A stretch of 44,339 nt of DNA, taken from positions 1 to 44,339 of the forward strand of contig CAZTCM010000001.1 in NCBI GenBank assembly GCA_964612285.1, given 5' to 3'. Both the position numbers and the translations under genes were made by a program. Positions 10,240 through 19,941 of the stretch are shown here, piece by piece. The notes below the pieces were generated by a model that worked only from the letters and a program-made list of their open reading frames with translations, was not told the DNA's origin and searched no databases. The DNA is from an uncultured Alistipes sp. Lineage in GTDB: Bacteria; Bacteroidota; Bacteroidia; Bacteroidales; Rikenellaceae. Within the stretch, counting starts at the first letter, position 1. Each line of letters begins with the position of its first letter.

Positions 10240-13200
10240 ATGAGAAAAATTCTCGTAATGTGCCTGGGAATGATGCTTTTGGGCATCGTTTCCCCCTCCC
10301 TTGCACTTGCCCAAAAGGGTGATTACAAGGTAGAGGGCGTCGTGGTGGACGCTACGGGTCTGCCGGTAATCGGAGCAACGATTATCGAGGCCGGAACCAC
10401 CAACGGTACGACTACCGACATCGACGGTAAGTATGTACTGACAGTCAAAGATGGCAATGCGGTCGTTACCATCAGCTACATCGGTTATCAGACCGTGGAG
10501 TTGGTGGCCTCGTCGAGTGCCTTGCAGAACGTAACACTTCAAGAGGACCTGATGACCCTCGATGAGGTGGTTGTCATCGGTTATGGTGGCGTGAAGAAGA
10601 ACGACATGACCGGTTCGGTGGTGGCCATCAAGGCCGAGGACATCAACCGTGGTGCCGTGACCTCGCCCGACCAGCTGATGATGGGTAAGGTGCCGGGTCT
10701 GCTCGTGACGCCCGCTTCGGGTGAGCCGGGTACGGGTGCCACGATTCGCATCCGCGGTAACGCCTCGCTCAACGCCTCGAACGACCCACTTATCGTCATT
10801 GACGGCGTGCCCGTGACGAGCGAAGGTGGCTCGGGCATGGGGAACCCGCTGGCTTCGGTCAACCCGAACGACATCGAGTCGATGACCGTCTTGAAGGATG
10901 CTTCGGCCACGGCCATCTATGGTTCGCGCGCTTCGAACGGTGTGATTATCATCACCACGAAGAAGGGCCGCGGCAAGGGGTTGCAGGTGAGCTACAATTC
11001 GAGCTACACGGTGAAGACCAATGCAGGTAAAATCGACGTGATGTCGGGACCCGAATATGCCGACTACATGACCAACCAGTACAGCCAGCTCTATCCGATG
11101 GAGAGCGATAAGATTCAGTCGCTGCTCGGTTACAAGGGTACGATTTACAACTCGGAGTGGCAGGATATGATCTACCGCACGGCCTTCACGACCGACCACA
11201 ACATCTCGCTCTATGGCAACACGGAGGGTGGTCTGTTCCCCTATCGTGTGACGGCCGGCTTCAACTACGACCAGGGTACGGTCAAGGGCGGTGACAACTC
11301 GCGCGTGAATATCGGCGTGAACCTCGCACCGAAGTTCTTCGACGAGCACCTCACCGTAAACCTCAACCTCAAAGCGGTCTACAACAAGCAGAATGCTACG
11401 AACAATGCCGTGGGTGATGCCCTTTCGTACGACCCCACCAAGCCCGTACACTTCCTCAATGACGACGGTACGGTGAACTACGACACGGCAAATGGTTACT
11501 ACAACCACGGTGTCTTTGCGGCCGACGGGTCGTTTTCGCCCAACGTCAACTCGAACGTGAACCCCCTCTCGACCTTGAACGACTGGGTGCAGTACACCTC
11601 GACCTGGCGTTCGATTGGCAATATGCAGCTCGATTATAAGATTCACGGCTTCGAGGATCTGCGCCTGAACCTGAACCTCGGTTACGACTTCTCGGAGACG
11701 AACGGCACGAACTACAATACGGTGGGTTCGTTCAACAGCATCAAGTCGGGTGCCGAGGATGCCTATTCGACCTGGCGCGACTACAACTCCAACACGCTGT
11801 TGGAGTTCTATGCCAACTACAACAAAGAGCTGGGTATCCACCGCCTGGATGTGATGGCCGGTTACTCGTGGCAGCACAACTATGTGAAGAACCGCAGCCT
11901 GACCTATCTGAACAACAATCGTGACGAGTACCATCCGTCGAGCGTTTCGCCCGAGTCGCGTCGTCCGCACACGCACAAGGAGTACTATCTGGTGTCGTTC
12001 TTCGGTCGTTTGAACTACTCGATTAACTCGAAATACCTCTTCACCTTCACGATGCGCGAGGATGCTACGTCGCGCTTCTCGAAGGACAACCGTTGGGGCT
12101 TCTTCCCCTCGGCAGCCTTCGCCTGGAACATCGCTCAGGAGAACTTCTTGAAGGATTCGCAGACGCTGACCGCCCTGAAACTGCGTCTGGGTTGGGGTGA
12201 AACGGGTCAGCAGGATGTCGGCTCGGATTACTATCCCTACATCCCGACCTACAACTACAACAACAGCGATAAGATTCAATACATCGACGGAATTGTCGGT
12301 ACGCTGGCCCCCAATGCCTATAATACGAACATCAAGTGGGAGACGACGACGACCTACAACGCCGGTATCGACTTTGGGTTCCTTTCGGGGCGTATCAATG
12401 GTAGCCTCGACTACTACTACCGCAAGACGACCGACCTGTTGAGCGACGTCGATATTCCGACCGGTATGAACTTCACGAACCGCTTGAAGCAGAACATCGG
12501 TGAGATGATGAACCAGGGTATCGAGCTCTCGTTGAACCTCGTTCCCGTTCAGACCGAGGATTGGAACTGGTCGGTGAACCTGAATGGTACCTGGCAGCAG
12601 ACCGAGATTGGCGACCTGAACGGCAACTATGTGAAGGTCGGTGAGACGATGTCGGGTACCGGTGGCGGTTCGGCCATCCACTACAAGGGGTACCAGCCTT
12701 ACTCCTTCTTCCTCTATCAGCAGGCTTATGATGCAAACGGTAAGCCGTTGCAGAATACCTACATCGACCGCGACGGCGATGGTACGATTTCCGAGAATGA
12801 CCGCTACATCACCGGTTGCAGCGCTACGCCCGACTTCTACTACGGTATCAGCACGCAGCTCACCTACAAGAATTGGGACTTTGGTCTGAATGCACACGGC
12901 TCGATTGGCAACGAAGCCATCAATAAGATGGCCGTGGACAACTCGACCGTCTACATGCGCTGGTTGGCCTACGACCACCTGCGCAACTACAACGAGTATC
13001 ATTTCCGCACGGGCTTTACGGGGCAGAACGATGCCAATCAGGCCTATTCGGACTACTTCATCGAAGATGCATCGTTCTTCCGTGTCGATGACATCAACCT
13101 CGGCTATACGTTCCGCGAGGTGGGTAAGTCGAAGATGAACATCCGCATCGCCGCATCGTGTCAGAACGTATTCGTGATTTCGGATTACTCGGGTCTCGAT

Positions 13201-13287
13201 CCCGAGGTGAGCGATGTTGACGGCGTTTACAGCGAGATTATCCCGCGTCCGCGTCTCTACACGTTGCGTCTGAACATTAACTTCTAA
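10240..13287 (+). CDS. susC: SusC-like TonB-dependent outer-membrane transporter (starch locus)
   Basis: LDEVVVIGYG, PLIVIDG, LKDASATAIYGSRASNGVIIITTK, KWETT and C-terminal NINF. Confidence 0.96.
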   Translation: MRKILVMCLGMMLLGIVSPSLALAQKGDYKVEGVVVDATGLPVIGATIIEAGTTNGTTTDIDGKYVLTVKDGNAVVTISYIGYQTVELVASSSALQNVTLQEDLMTLDEVVVIGYGGVKKNDMTGSVVAIKAEDINRGAVTSPDQLMMGKVPGLLVTPASGEPGTGATIRIRGNASLNASNDPLIVIDGVPVTSEGGSGMGNPLASVNPNDIESMTVLKDASATAIYGSRASNGVIIITTKKGRGKGLQVSYNSSYTVKTNAGKIDVMSGPEYADYMTNQYSQLYPMESDKIQSLLGYKGTIYNSEWQDMIYRTAFTTDHNISLYGNTEGGLFPYRVTAGFNYDQGTVKGGDNSRVNIGVNLAPKFFDEHLTVNLNLKAVYNKQNATNNAVGDALSYDPTKPVHFLNDDGTVNYDTANGYYNHGVFAADGSFSPNVNSNVNPLSTLNDWVQYTSTWRSIGNMQLDYKIHGFEDLRLNLNLGYDFSETNGTNYNTVGSFNSIKSGAEDAYSTWRDYNSNTLLEFYANYNKELGIHRLDVMAGYSWQHNYVKNRSLTYLNNNRDEYHPSSVSPESRRPHTHKEYYLVSFFGRLNYSINSKYLFTFTMREDATSRFSKDNRWGFFPSAAFAWNIAQENFLKDSQTLTALKLRLGWGETGQQDVGSDYYPYIPTYNYNNSDKIQYIDGIVGTLAPNAYNTNIKWETTTTYNAGIDFGFLSGRINGSLDYYYRKTTDLLSDVDIPTGMNFTNRLKQNIGEMMNQGIELSLNLVPVQTEDWNWSVNLNGTWQQTEIGDLNGNYVKVGETMSGTGGGSAIHYKGYQPYSFFLYQQAYDANGKPLQNTYIDRDGDGTISENDRYITGCSATPDFYYGISTQLTYKNWDFGLNAHGSIGNEAINKMAVDNSTVYMRWLAYDHLRNYNEYHFRTGFTGQNDANQAYSDYFIEDASFFRVDDINLGYTFREVGKSKMNIRIAASCQNVFVISDYSGLDPEVSDVDGVYSEIIPRPRLYTLRLNINF

Positions 13288-13304
13288 ACACCGCATCGAA
13301 CATT

Positions 13305-15011
13305 ATGAAAACTATTTTGAAATACAGCTTGGCGCTGCTCGCCTCGGGTGCGATGTTCACTTCGTGTCTGAGCGATTTGGATACGCAGCCCCTTTCGGAG
13401 AATGTCTCGACGGTCGACCAGGCCTTTGCCGCTCCCGAGAGCTACTCCCAGTATGCGAACTATGCATACGCCTACTTCTCGTTCGTGTCGCAGGGCGACC
13501 CGGGTTCGTCGGATATTGCCGTCGACAATGCCGGTCAGAGCGAGTATATCCGTCAATACATGGGCCTCAACGAGATGTCTACCGACTCGTTTAAGGTGTG
13601 CGATGCCTGGAGCGATGACTATGTGAAACCCTTGCAGTATAACAAGTGGACCGGCACGAATGCCGCTGTGATGGCTGTCTACCTGCGTGGTTTGAAGGCG
13701 GTAGCCATGTGCAACGAATTCCTCAGTGATGCCGTATCGAGCGATGCTGCGGTTTTGGGCCGCGGCCACGAGGCGGTGCTTGACGACGTGCGTGCCTACC
13801 GCTCGGAGCTGCGTCTGTTGCGCGCGCTGCACTATGAGATTTTGCTCGACCTGTTTGGCAATCCGCCGATGGTGACCTATGAGGGTACGCTCAGCGGCGC
13901 GCTGCCCAAGCAGTTGGGACGCACGGAGCTTTTCAAGTGGGTCGAGTCGGAGTTGTTGGCGCTGACCGAGGATGAGTATCTGCCCGCGAAGCCCGTCTCC
14001 TATCCGCGTCTGTCGAAGGGTGCTGCCTGGGCGATTCTGGCTCGTATGTACCTCAACGCCGAGGTTTACACCGGTACGGCACGTTGGGAGGATGCCAAGA
14101 ATGCGGCCGAGAAGGTAATCAACGAGGGTGGTTATGAGCTCTGCTCCGACTACAAGAAACTCTTCTTGCAGGATAACTCGACCAACGGTGCTCAGAAGGA
14201 GTTTATCGTAGCCGCGATGTACGACTCGGCCAAGACGCAGAGCTATGGTGGTACGACCCACCTGGTACAGGCTTCGGTCAATGAGACGATGGCTACGAAG
14301 GAGATTCACCTGCTCTTTGGGTTGGAGAATCCCATCTACAACGGTCAGTGGAACGGTTACCACGTTTCGGACGAGTTCGTGATGGAGAACTTCGACCTGC
14401 AAGGCGTTGTATGGGGCGGCTCGACCGTCGATTGGGGCTACGACGTGGCACGCAGTGACTATCGTGCAGCCTTCTACAATTACGGCTTTACGCAGGAGTT
14501 CGTGAACGAGTCGTCGGAGATTACGACCGGCTGGGCCTGCTTGAAGTGGTTGCCGCTCGACAGCAATAACTACTCGTTGATGGCCGATAAGGGCTATGCT
14601 TTCTCGTCGGCCGACTTCCCGATTTTCCGTCTGGCGGAGATGTACCTGATTGCCGCCGAGGCCGATGCCCGCATCAAGGGTGGTTCGCTCTCATCGGGCG
14701 ACGATGGCTATGGCTACCTTGAAACCATCTATCAACGTGCCAATGGTGAGGAGGCCGTGTTACCCTTCTCGGTCGACCTGGATTGGATCCTCAAAGAGCG
14801 TGTGCGTGAGTTGATGTGGGAGGGACACCGTCGCGTCGATTTGATTCGCTACGGGCTCTTCCTGACGGCCGAGAATCCTTGGCCCTACAAGAATGGTATC
14901 AAGAGTGGTGTAGCCGCCATCGAGAGCCATCGCACGGTCTATCCGATTATCACGTCGGACATGCTGACCAACCCCGGTCTGGAACAGAACGAGGGTTATC
15001 CCCGTCAATAG
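13305..15011 (+). CDS. susD: SusD-like glycan-binding lipoprotein
   Basis: Lipobox FTSC, LDLFGNPP, ARMYLNAEVYTG, FRLAEMYL, ERVRELMWEGHRRVDLIRYG and QNEGY; follows susC. Confidence 0.95.
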   Translation: MKTILKYSLALLASGAMFTSCLSDLDTQPLSENVSTVDQAFAAPESYSQYANYAYAYFSFVSQGDPGSSDIAVDNAGQSEYIRQYMGLNEMSTDSFKVCDAWSDDYVKPLQYNKWTGTNAAVMAVYLRGLKAVAMCNEFLSDAVSSDAAVLGRGHEAVLDDVRAYRSELRLLRALHYEILLDLFGNPPMVTYEGTLSGALPKQLGRTELFKWVESELLALTEDEYLPAKPVSYPRLSKGAAWAILARMYLNAEVYTGTARWEDAKNAAEKVINEGGYELCSDYKKLFLQDNSTNGAQKEFIVAAMYDSAKTQSYGGTTHLVQASVNETMATKEIHLLFGLENPIYNGQWNGYHVSDEFVMENFDLQGVVWGGSTVDWGYDVARSDYRAAFYNYGFTQEFVNESSEITTGWACLKWLPLDSNNYSLMADKGYAFSSADFPIFRLAEMYLIAAEADARIKGGSLSSGDDGYGYLETIYQRANGEEAVLPFSVDLDWILKERVRELMWEGHRRVDLIRYGLFLTAENPWPYKNGIKSGVAAIESHRTVYPIITSDMLTNPGLEQNEGYPRQ

Positions 15012-15051
15012 GCGCAGTGAGCAGTATTCAACATAAAAATAGAGAATTGAT

Positions 15052-16176
15052 ATGAAATACATGAAATATTTGTCGATGTTTGTTGCTGCCGCGCTCGCGC
15101 TCGTGTCGTGCGAAACCGGTGTCGACGAGTATCGTCTCGCTCCCGAAGAGCAGTTGCAACCGCTGTCGCTCAACGAACAGGGCGATGTTGTGGTCAATGC
15201 CGACAATATGAAACAGGAGAGCGTCACCTTCACCTGCTCGGAGGCCGACTTTGGGCAGCCGGTGGTTGTACGCTATGATTTCTACCTCGTGAAGGATGAT
15301 TTGGAGGTGCTTGTAGGCTCCTCGAACTACCCCTCGCTGTCGTTGCTGAAATCGGTACTCAACGGCTTTGTGGTAAATACGTTGAAGGTGCCGGCCGAGA
15401 CGACAGCCGAGGTGGGTGCCTATGTGGTGGCCTACGCCGGCGGCTCGGATATTTCGACGCCGAAATCGAATGTGGTGAAATTCAATGTCACGACCTTTGC
15501 CGCCTCGCTCAAATATTATCACATCTGTGGTAATTTCCAGGGCTGGACCATCACGCAGGCCTGCTTGATGTGGGAGATTGAGGGCGGTACGGATATCTAT
15601 GAGGGTATCTACAACCTCACCGAAGCGGACTATGCTCCGGGTACAACGGCCTTCAAAGTGATGCCTAACCAGAAATGGGATGGCGGCCAGAAGGGTTTCT
15701 CGGCCTTTGTGCAGAAGAGCGCCTGCTTCTCGGGTGACGGTGACGACAACCTGGTGACGAAGCCCGGCATCTACAAATTGACCGTCGATATCAAGAAGAT
15801 GACCATCGCCGCCGAAGTGGTGTCGGAGGTTGCCTTGAAGGGCGAGATGGCCGCTTCGAACTGGGATGCTCCGGTACACCTCACCTACGACAACGTGGGC
15901 AACGTATGGCGCAGCGAGGAGGCCTATCCGGCCGGTATGCAGTTCAAAGCCTTCGTCAACGGTGGCTGGTATGGCGTCGATAACTCGGACGCTCCGACCG
16001 CCGCTGAGGGCTCGGCCTATGTCTATGGTTCGAGTGCCGTGTTGACCGCCTTCGCGGGTCACGCGCTGATGGGTGGTGATGCCCAGAACATCAAGATTCC
16101 GGAGGGTGGCAACCACTATGTGAAACTCTACCTCGACCGCACCCCCTGGTTGGTTAGCTTTGAATTGGCCGAGTAA
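15052..16176 (+). CDS. SusE-like surface starch-binding lipoprotein
   Basis: Lipobox LVSC, FTCSEADFG (SusE-type N-terminal domain), two CBM-like domains (ICGNFQGW...PGIYKLTVD); follows susD. Confidence 0.8.
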   Translation: MKYMKYLSMFVAAALALVSCETGVDEYRLAPEEQLQPLSLNEQGDVVVNADNMKQESVTFTCSEADFGQPVVVRYDFYLVKDDLEVLVGSSNYPSLSLLKSVLNGFVVNTLKVPAETTAEVGAYVVAYAGGSDISTPKSNVVKFNVTTFAASLKYYHICGNFQGWTITQACLMWEIEGGTDIYEGIYNLTEADYAPGTTAFKVMPNQKWDGGQKGFSAFVQKSACFSGDGDDNLVTKPGIYKLTVDIKKMTIAAEVVSEVALKGEMAASNWDAPVHLTYDNVGNVWRSEEAYPAGMQFKAFVNGGWYGVDNSDAPTAAEGSAYVYGSSAVLTAFAGHALMGGDAQNIKIPEGGNHYVKLYLDRTPWLVSFELAE

Positions 16177-16197
16177 CGAGCAATGATGGATAATCAT

Positions 16198-16233
16198 TCG
16201 CGGGCCGCAAGGCTGCGGCTGCGGGGCCCGCGA
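16198..16233 (+). other. GC-rich intergenic hairpin between the susE-like and susF-like genes
   Basis: TCGCGGGCC...GGCCCGCGA perfect 9-bp stem with no U-tract. Confidence 0.55.
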
Positions 16234-16254
16234 GCGACAACAAAAGTGAACGAT

Positions 16255-19200
16255 ATGAAAATTTTCAGATACATAACGGCTTTGGTGATGGCCCTCGTCG
16301 GCTTCACGGCCTGTGAGACGGATCCGACCGACATGATTTCGAAAGATGCGGTCGCTCCCGTGATGGATGAGCATGCCTCCATTCTGATGACCCCCAACAC
16401 GCTCGAAGAGACGGTATCCTTCACCTGGAAGGCTGCCCGTAACCTCTCGGGCGAGGTGAACTACCACCTCTATGCAACCCTCAATGGCGAGGAGTTGCAG
16501 TTGGCAACCACCCAATCGACCTTCTACACGGTGGCCAAACCGGCTCTGCGTCAGTTGTTGCTCAACGGCTTTGCGCTCGATGGCAACCAGAACATCGAGA
16601 TTGGGGTCTATGTCGTCGCCGACAACGGCGTGCAGGCCCTCAAATCGGAGGCGCAGACCGTGAAGGTCTATCTTTATGGCGACTATATGGCACCGGTGGT
16701 TTCGATTGCCGAGCACATCTCCCCCGAGGGGTTGGTATTGACCGATACCCAGCCCGAGGAGCAGGTGCTGCTGACGTGGACCGAGGCTCGCTTCGAGCAG
16801 GGTCAGACGGTGACCTACCGTGTCGAGTTGGAGCTTGCTGACGGCTTCCGTCACCTGTTGGCTTCGGGCTTGGAGAAGACCGAGTATGCGACTACCTGGC
16901 CGAAACTGAACTCGGTGCTGCTCAAAAACGGCTTCGAGAAGGATAAGCAGTATGAGCTGTCGTTCCTCGTGACGGCTGTTTCTGGAGCAACGCCCGACTA
17001 CAACAGCGAGTGGTTGGAGGCTGCGCCGACGAAGTTGAAGGTGACGACCTACACGCCGGCATTCCCCGACTTCCTCTATGTGGTTGGTGATTTCTGTGGC
17101 CACGACGGGCTGAATACGCTCGACAAGGCGCCGATTTTGAAGGGTGACGCCAACGAGGGTGCCTACCACGGTGTGGTAACCATCTATGGTGGTAAGGCTG
17201 AGTTTTACTACATCAACCCGCGTACGGTGAACGACCCCGAGCCGAAGAAGATTTTTGTCGGTGGTACGACCGAGAGCACCTCGTCGCCCTACTATTGGAC
17301 CTCGTCGCTCAATGTCGATGGCGATGAGTTGGCTCCGCAGGAGGGTACCTATGCCTTCTATGTCAATCTGAACGATGAGTATATCCGCGCCTTTAAGATC
17401 AATTCGGTGGGTCTGATTGGCGAGAAGGAGTTGATCAACGGCATCGCAGCCGACTGGGGCAAAGAGGCTCAGTTTACCTTCAACGAGAACACCTTCTGCT
17501 ATGAGATGAAGGCCAAGTTCAGCAAGAGTGGCGGTGGCTATAAGGTGCGCCTGAACAACAATTGGAACAAACCTTTCCCCGAGCTCAACGACGGCAATGA
17601 TGTCTCGGAGCCGGGTTACAACTTTGGCCAGGTGAAGAATGTCGAGCACGATCCCACGACGCTTGTGACGCTGGCTTGGGACCAGGAAGGTGATAATATC
17701 GTTTCGGCGGCCGGTGAGTTTAATGTGACAATTGACTTTTCTACCAACGCCAACTATTCGTTGCAGTTCGTACAGACGGGCATCGTGAACGAGTATGGCG
17801 TTGTGGGTGACTACAACCAGTGGGGCGCTACCGGTCGTGACCGCAAGTTTGTGGCCGATGCAACGCAAGAGGGCTGGTATATCTTGGAGGACTTCGAGGT
17901 GAAGGAGGGCGAGCAGCTGATGCTTCGTCTGAACGACGCGAATAAGTCGACCTGGGGTCTGGAAACGGCTGCCGAGACGGTGGTTGCCGACCAGAGCTAC
18001 ACGCTCAAAGCAGGTGGCGAGAAGTTCGCGATGGCGGCCGGTTCCTATGACCTGCATTTCAATCCCGAGACCTTGGAGTTCAAGGCGACGGTAGCCGGTG
18101 CCTACTATGGTCTGTGCGGTGAGCACAACAATTGGGGACCCGGTAATGGCGGTCCTGCCGACCCGCAGTTTGTGGCTGCTACGGATAAAGCCGGCTGGCT
18201 CGTGTTGAAGAACTTTGTGGCTACGGCCGGTCAGCAGGCGAAGATTCGCATGAATGATGATTGGGGCACCAACTGGGGTGTCGAGGCCGAGATTAAGGTG
18301 GGCGAAACCTATACCTTGTCCAATGGTGGCAGCAACTTCAAGTGGGCCGCTTCGGGCACCTATAACCTCTACTTCAACCCCACGACGCTCGAATTCTACA
18401 TCGAGGAGGGCGCTGCTGTATTGTATGGCCTTGTAGGTGACCTGAACGGTTGGAATCCTGCCGATGAGACCTATGCAATGAGCAACCATGACAATGGCTT
18501 TAAGGTGATTAAGGGTGTTACGTTGTCTGCCGGTAACTTTAAGATTATCGAAATCGGCTCGTGGGATAACCCCGATTATGGAATCCCCGAGGGGGCGACT
18601 CTGGTATTGGGTGAGCCGGTTGTTTTGGCTGTGGATGGTGCCGGTGGCAACATTCCGGTAGAGGCCGGTGTATATGATATCTACTTCAACCCGACTACGT
18701 TGACGCTCTATGTGGTGACGGCCGGTGCGGAGGATCCGACCATCCCCGCAGCGCCGGAGCATCTCTACGGCCTGGTAGGCGAGGATAATAGCTGGACCGA
18801 TACGCCGTTTGTCGAGTATGCCGAGCAGGCCGGTTACTACAAGGCCACGCAGACCCTGACGGCCAACAAGGCCTTCAAGATTCGCGGTTTTGGCGAATGG
18901 AACGATGCAGCCAACTATGGTGTAGAGGGTGAGCCGGACTCGACGAATGCCGTCGGTGTTGGTACGACCTTCGCACTGGTGAATGGCGCTCACAGCCGCA
19001 ACATGTGCGTGGAGACCACGGGCACTTACGACATTTACTTCAACCCGACCGATTTGAAGTGTCTGATTGTGGCCGAGGGCACGACACCCGATTTCGGCGG
19101 CACGACTCCCGAGCCGACCCCGACGGCTGTCTACGGTCTGGTAGGTCAGCACAACGGCTGGGGTGGCAGTGGTGACGATGCGGCGTTTGTCGAGTATGCA

Positions 19201-19866
19201 GCGCAGGCCGGTTATTACAAGGCTACGCAGGCATTGGTGGCGAACGAGCCGTTCAAGATTCGCGGCTACAACGATGGCACATGGAACAACTCCTACAACT
19301 ATGGTGTTGCCGGAGCCCAGGATTCGAACAATGCGGTAGCCGTAGGCACGCAGTTCGATCTGATTAATGGTGCAGATGCCCGTAATATGTATGTGGAGGT
19401 ATCGGGTACCTACGACATCTATTTCAACCCGACCGATTTGAAGTGTCTGATTATGGCCGAGGGCACGACGCCCGATTTCGGCGGCACGACTCCCGAGCCG
19501 ACCCCGACGGCTGTCTACGGTCTGGTAGGTCAGCACAACGGCTGGGGTGGCAGTGGTGACGATGCGGCGTTTGTCGAGTATGCAGCGCAGGCCGGTTATT
19601 ACAAGGCTACGCAGGCATTGGTGGCGAACGAGCCGTTCAAGATTCGCGGCTACAACGATGGCACATGGAACAACTCCTACAACTATGGTGTTGCCGGAGC
19701 CCAGGATTCGAACAATGCGGTAGCCGTAGGCACGCAGTTCGATCTGATTAATGGTGCAGATGCCCGTAATATGTATGTGGAGGTATCGGGTACCTACGAC
19801 ATCTATTTCAACCCGACCGATTTGAAGTGTCTGATTGTGGCCGAGGGCACAACCCCGAGTATCTAA
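16255..19866 (+). CDS. SusE/SusF-family surface lipoprotein with six extra C-terminal CBM-like repeats (about 1200 aa)
   Basis: ATG at 16255 gives MKIFRYITALVMALVGFTAC (lipobox). SusE-type FTW/LTW domains are followed by repeated YG(L/V)(V/C)GxxNxW...G(T/S/V)Y(D/N)xxFNP modules. Confidence 0.85.
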   Translation: MKIFRYITALVMALVGFTACETDPTDMISKDAVAPVMDEHASILMTPNTLEETVSFTWKAARNLSGEVNYHLYATLNGEELQLATTQSTFYTVAKPALRQLLLNGFALDGNQNIEIGVYVVADNGVQALKSEAQTVKVYLYGDYMAPVVSIAEHISPEGLVLTDTQPEEQVLLTWTEARFEQGQTVTYRVELELADGFRHLLASGLEKTEYATTWPKLNSVLLKNGFEKDKQYELSFLVTAVSGATPDYNSEWLEAAPTKLKVTTYTPAFPDFLYVVGDFCGHDGLNTLDKAPILKGDANEGAYHGVVTIYGGKAEFYYINPRTVNDPEPKKIFVGGTTESTSSPYYWTSSLNVDGDELAPQEGTYAFYVNLNDEYIRAFKINSVGLIGEKELINGIAADWGKEAQFTFNENTFCYEMKAKFSKSGGGYKVRLNNNWNKPFPELNDGNDVSEPGYNFGQVKNVEHDPTTLVTLAWDQEGDNIVSAAGEFNVTIDFSTNANYSLQFVQTGIVNEYGVVGDYNQWGATGRDRKFVADATQEGWYILEDFEVKEGEQLMLRLNDANKSTWGLETAAETVVADQSYTLKAGGEKFAMAAGSYDLHFNPETLEFKATVAGAYYGLCGEHNNWGPGNGGPADPQFVAATDKAGWLVLKNFVATAGQQAKIRMNDDWGTNWGVEAEIKVGETYTLSNGGSNFKWAASGTYNLYFNPTTLEFYIEEGAAVLYGLVGDLNGWNPADETYAMSNHDNGFKVIKGVTLSAGNFKIIEIGSWDNPDYGIPEGATLVLGEPVVLAVDGAGGNIPVEAGVYDIYFNPTTLTLYVVTAGAEDPTIPAAPEHLYGLVGEDNSWTDTPFVEYAEQAGYYKATQTLTANKAFKIRGFGEWNDAANYGVEGEPDSTNAVGVGTTFALVNGAHSRNMCVETTGTYDIYFNPTDLKCLIVAEGTTPDFGGTTPEPTPTAVYGLVGQHNGWGGSGDDAAFVEYAAQAGYYKATQALVANEPFKIRGYNDGTWNNSYNYGVAGAQDSNNAVAVGTQFDLINGADARNMYVEVSGTYDIYFNPTDLKCLIMAEGTTPDFGGTTPEPTPTAVYGLVGQHNGWGGSGDDAAFVEYAAQAGYYKATQALVANEPFKIRGYNDGTWNNSYNYGVAGAQDSNNAVAVGTQFDLINGADARNMYVEVSGTYDIYFNPTDLKCLIVAEGTTPSI
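19039..19850 (+). repeat. 384-bp (128-aa) near-perfect intragenic tandem duplication
   Basis: TTCAACCCGACCGATTTGAAGTGTCTGATT recurs at 19039, 19423 and 19807. By eye, 19087-19452 is identical to 19471-19836. Confidence 0.95.
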
Positions 19867-19873
19867 CAAACCT

Positions 19874-19920
19874 CTTTCGGAAAGGCCCTGCGACATTGGT
19901 CGCAGGAGCCTGCCGAAAAG
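19874..19920 (+). other. Intergenic hairpin between the susF-like and susG-like genes
   Basis: CCTGCGAC-ATTG-GTCGCAGG core stem with outer TTTCGG/CCGAAA pairing. No U-tract on the + strand. Confidence 0.6.
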
Positions 19921-19941
19921 CGATTAAAATAAGGAAAAACA

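Noticed and set aside
16183..16254. Upstream in-frame start for the SusF-like ORF
   Set aside because: The extension runs through a GC-rich intergenic hairpin. ATG at 16255 gives a clean lipoprotein signal.
19039..19850. Recurring ~30-bp sequence at 384-bp intervals considered as a CRISPR-like array
   Set aside because: The intervening sequences are identical rather than unique spacers, the unit is an in-frame protein domain, and there are no cas genes.
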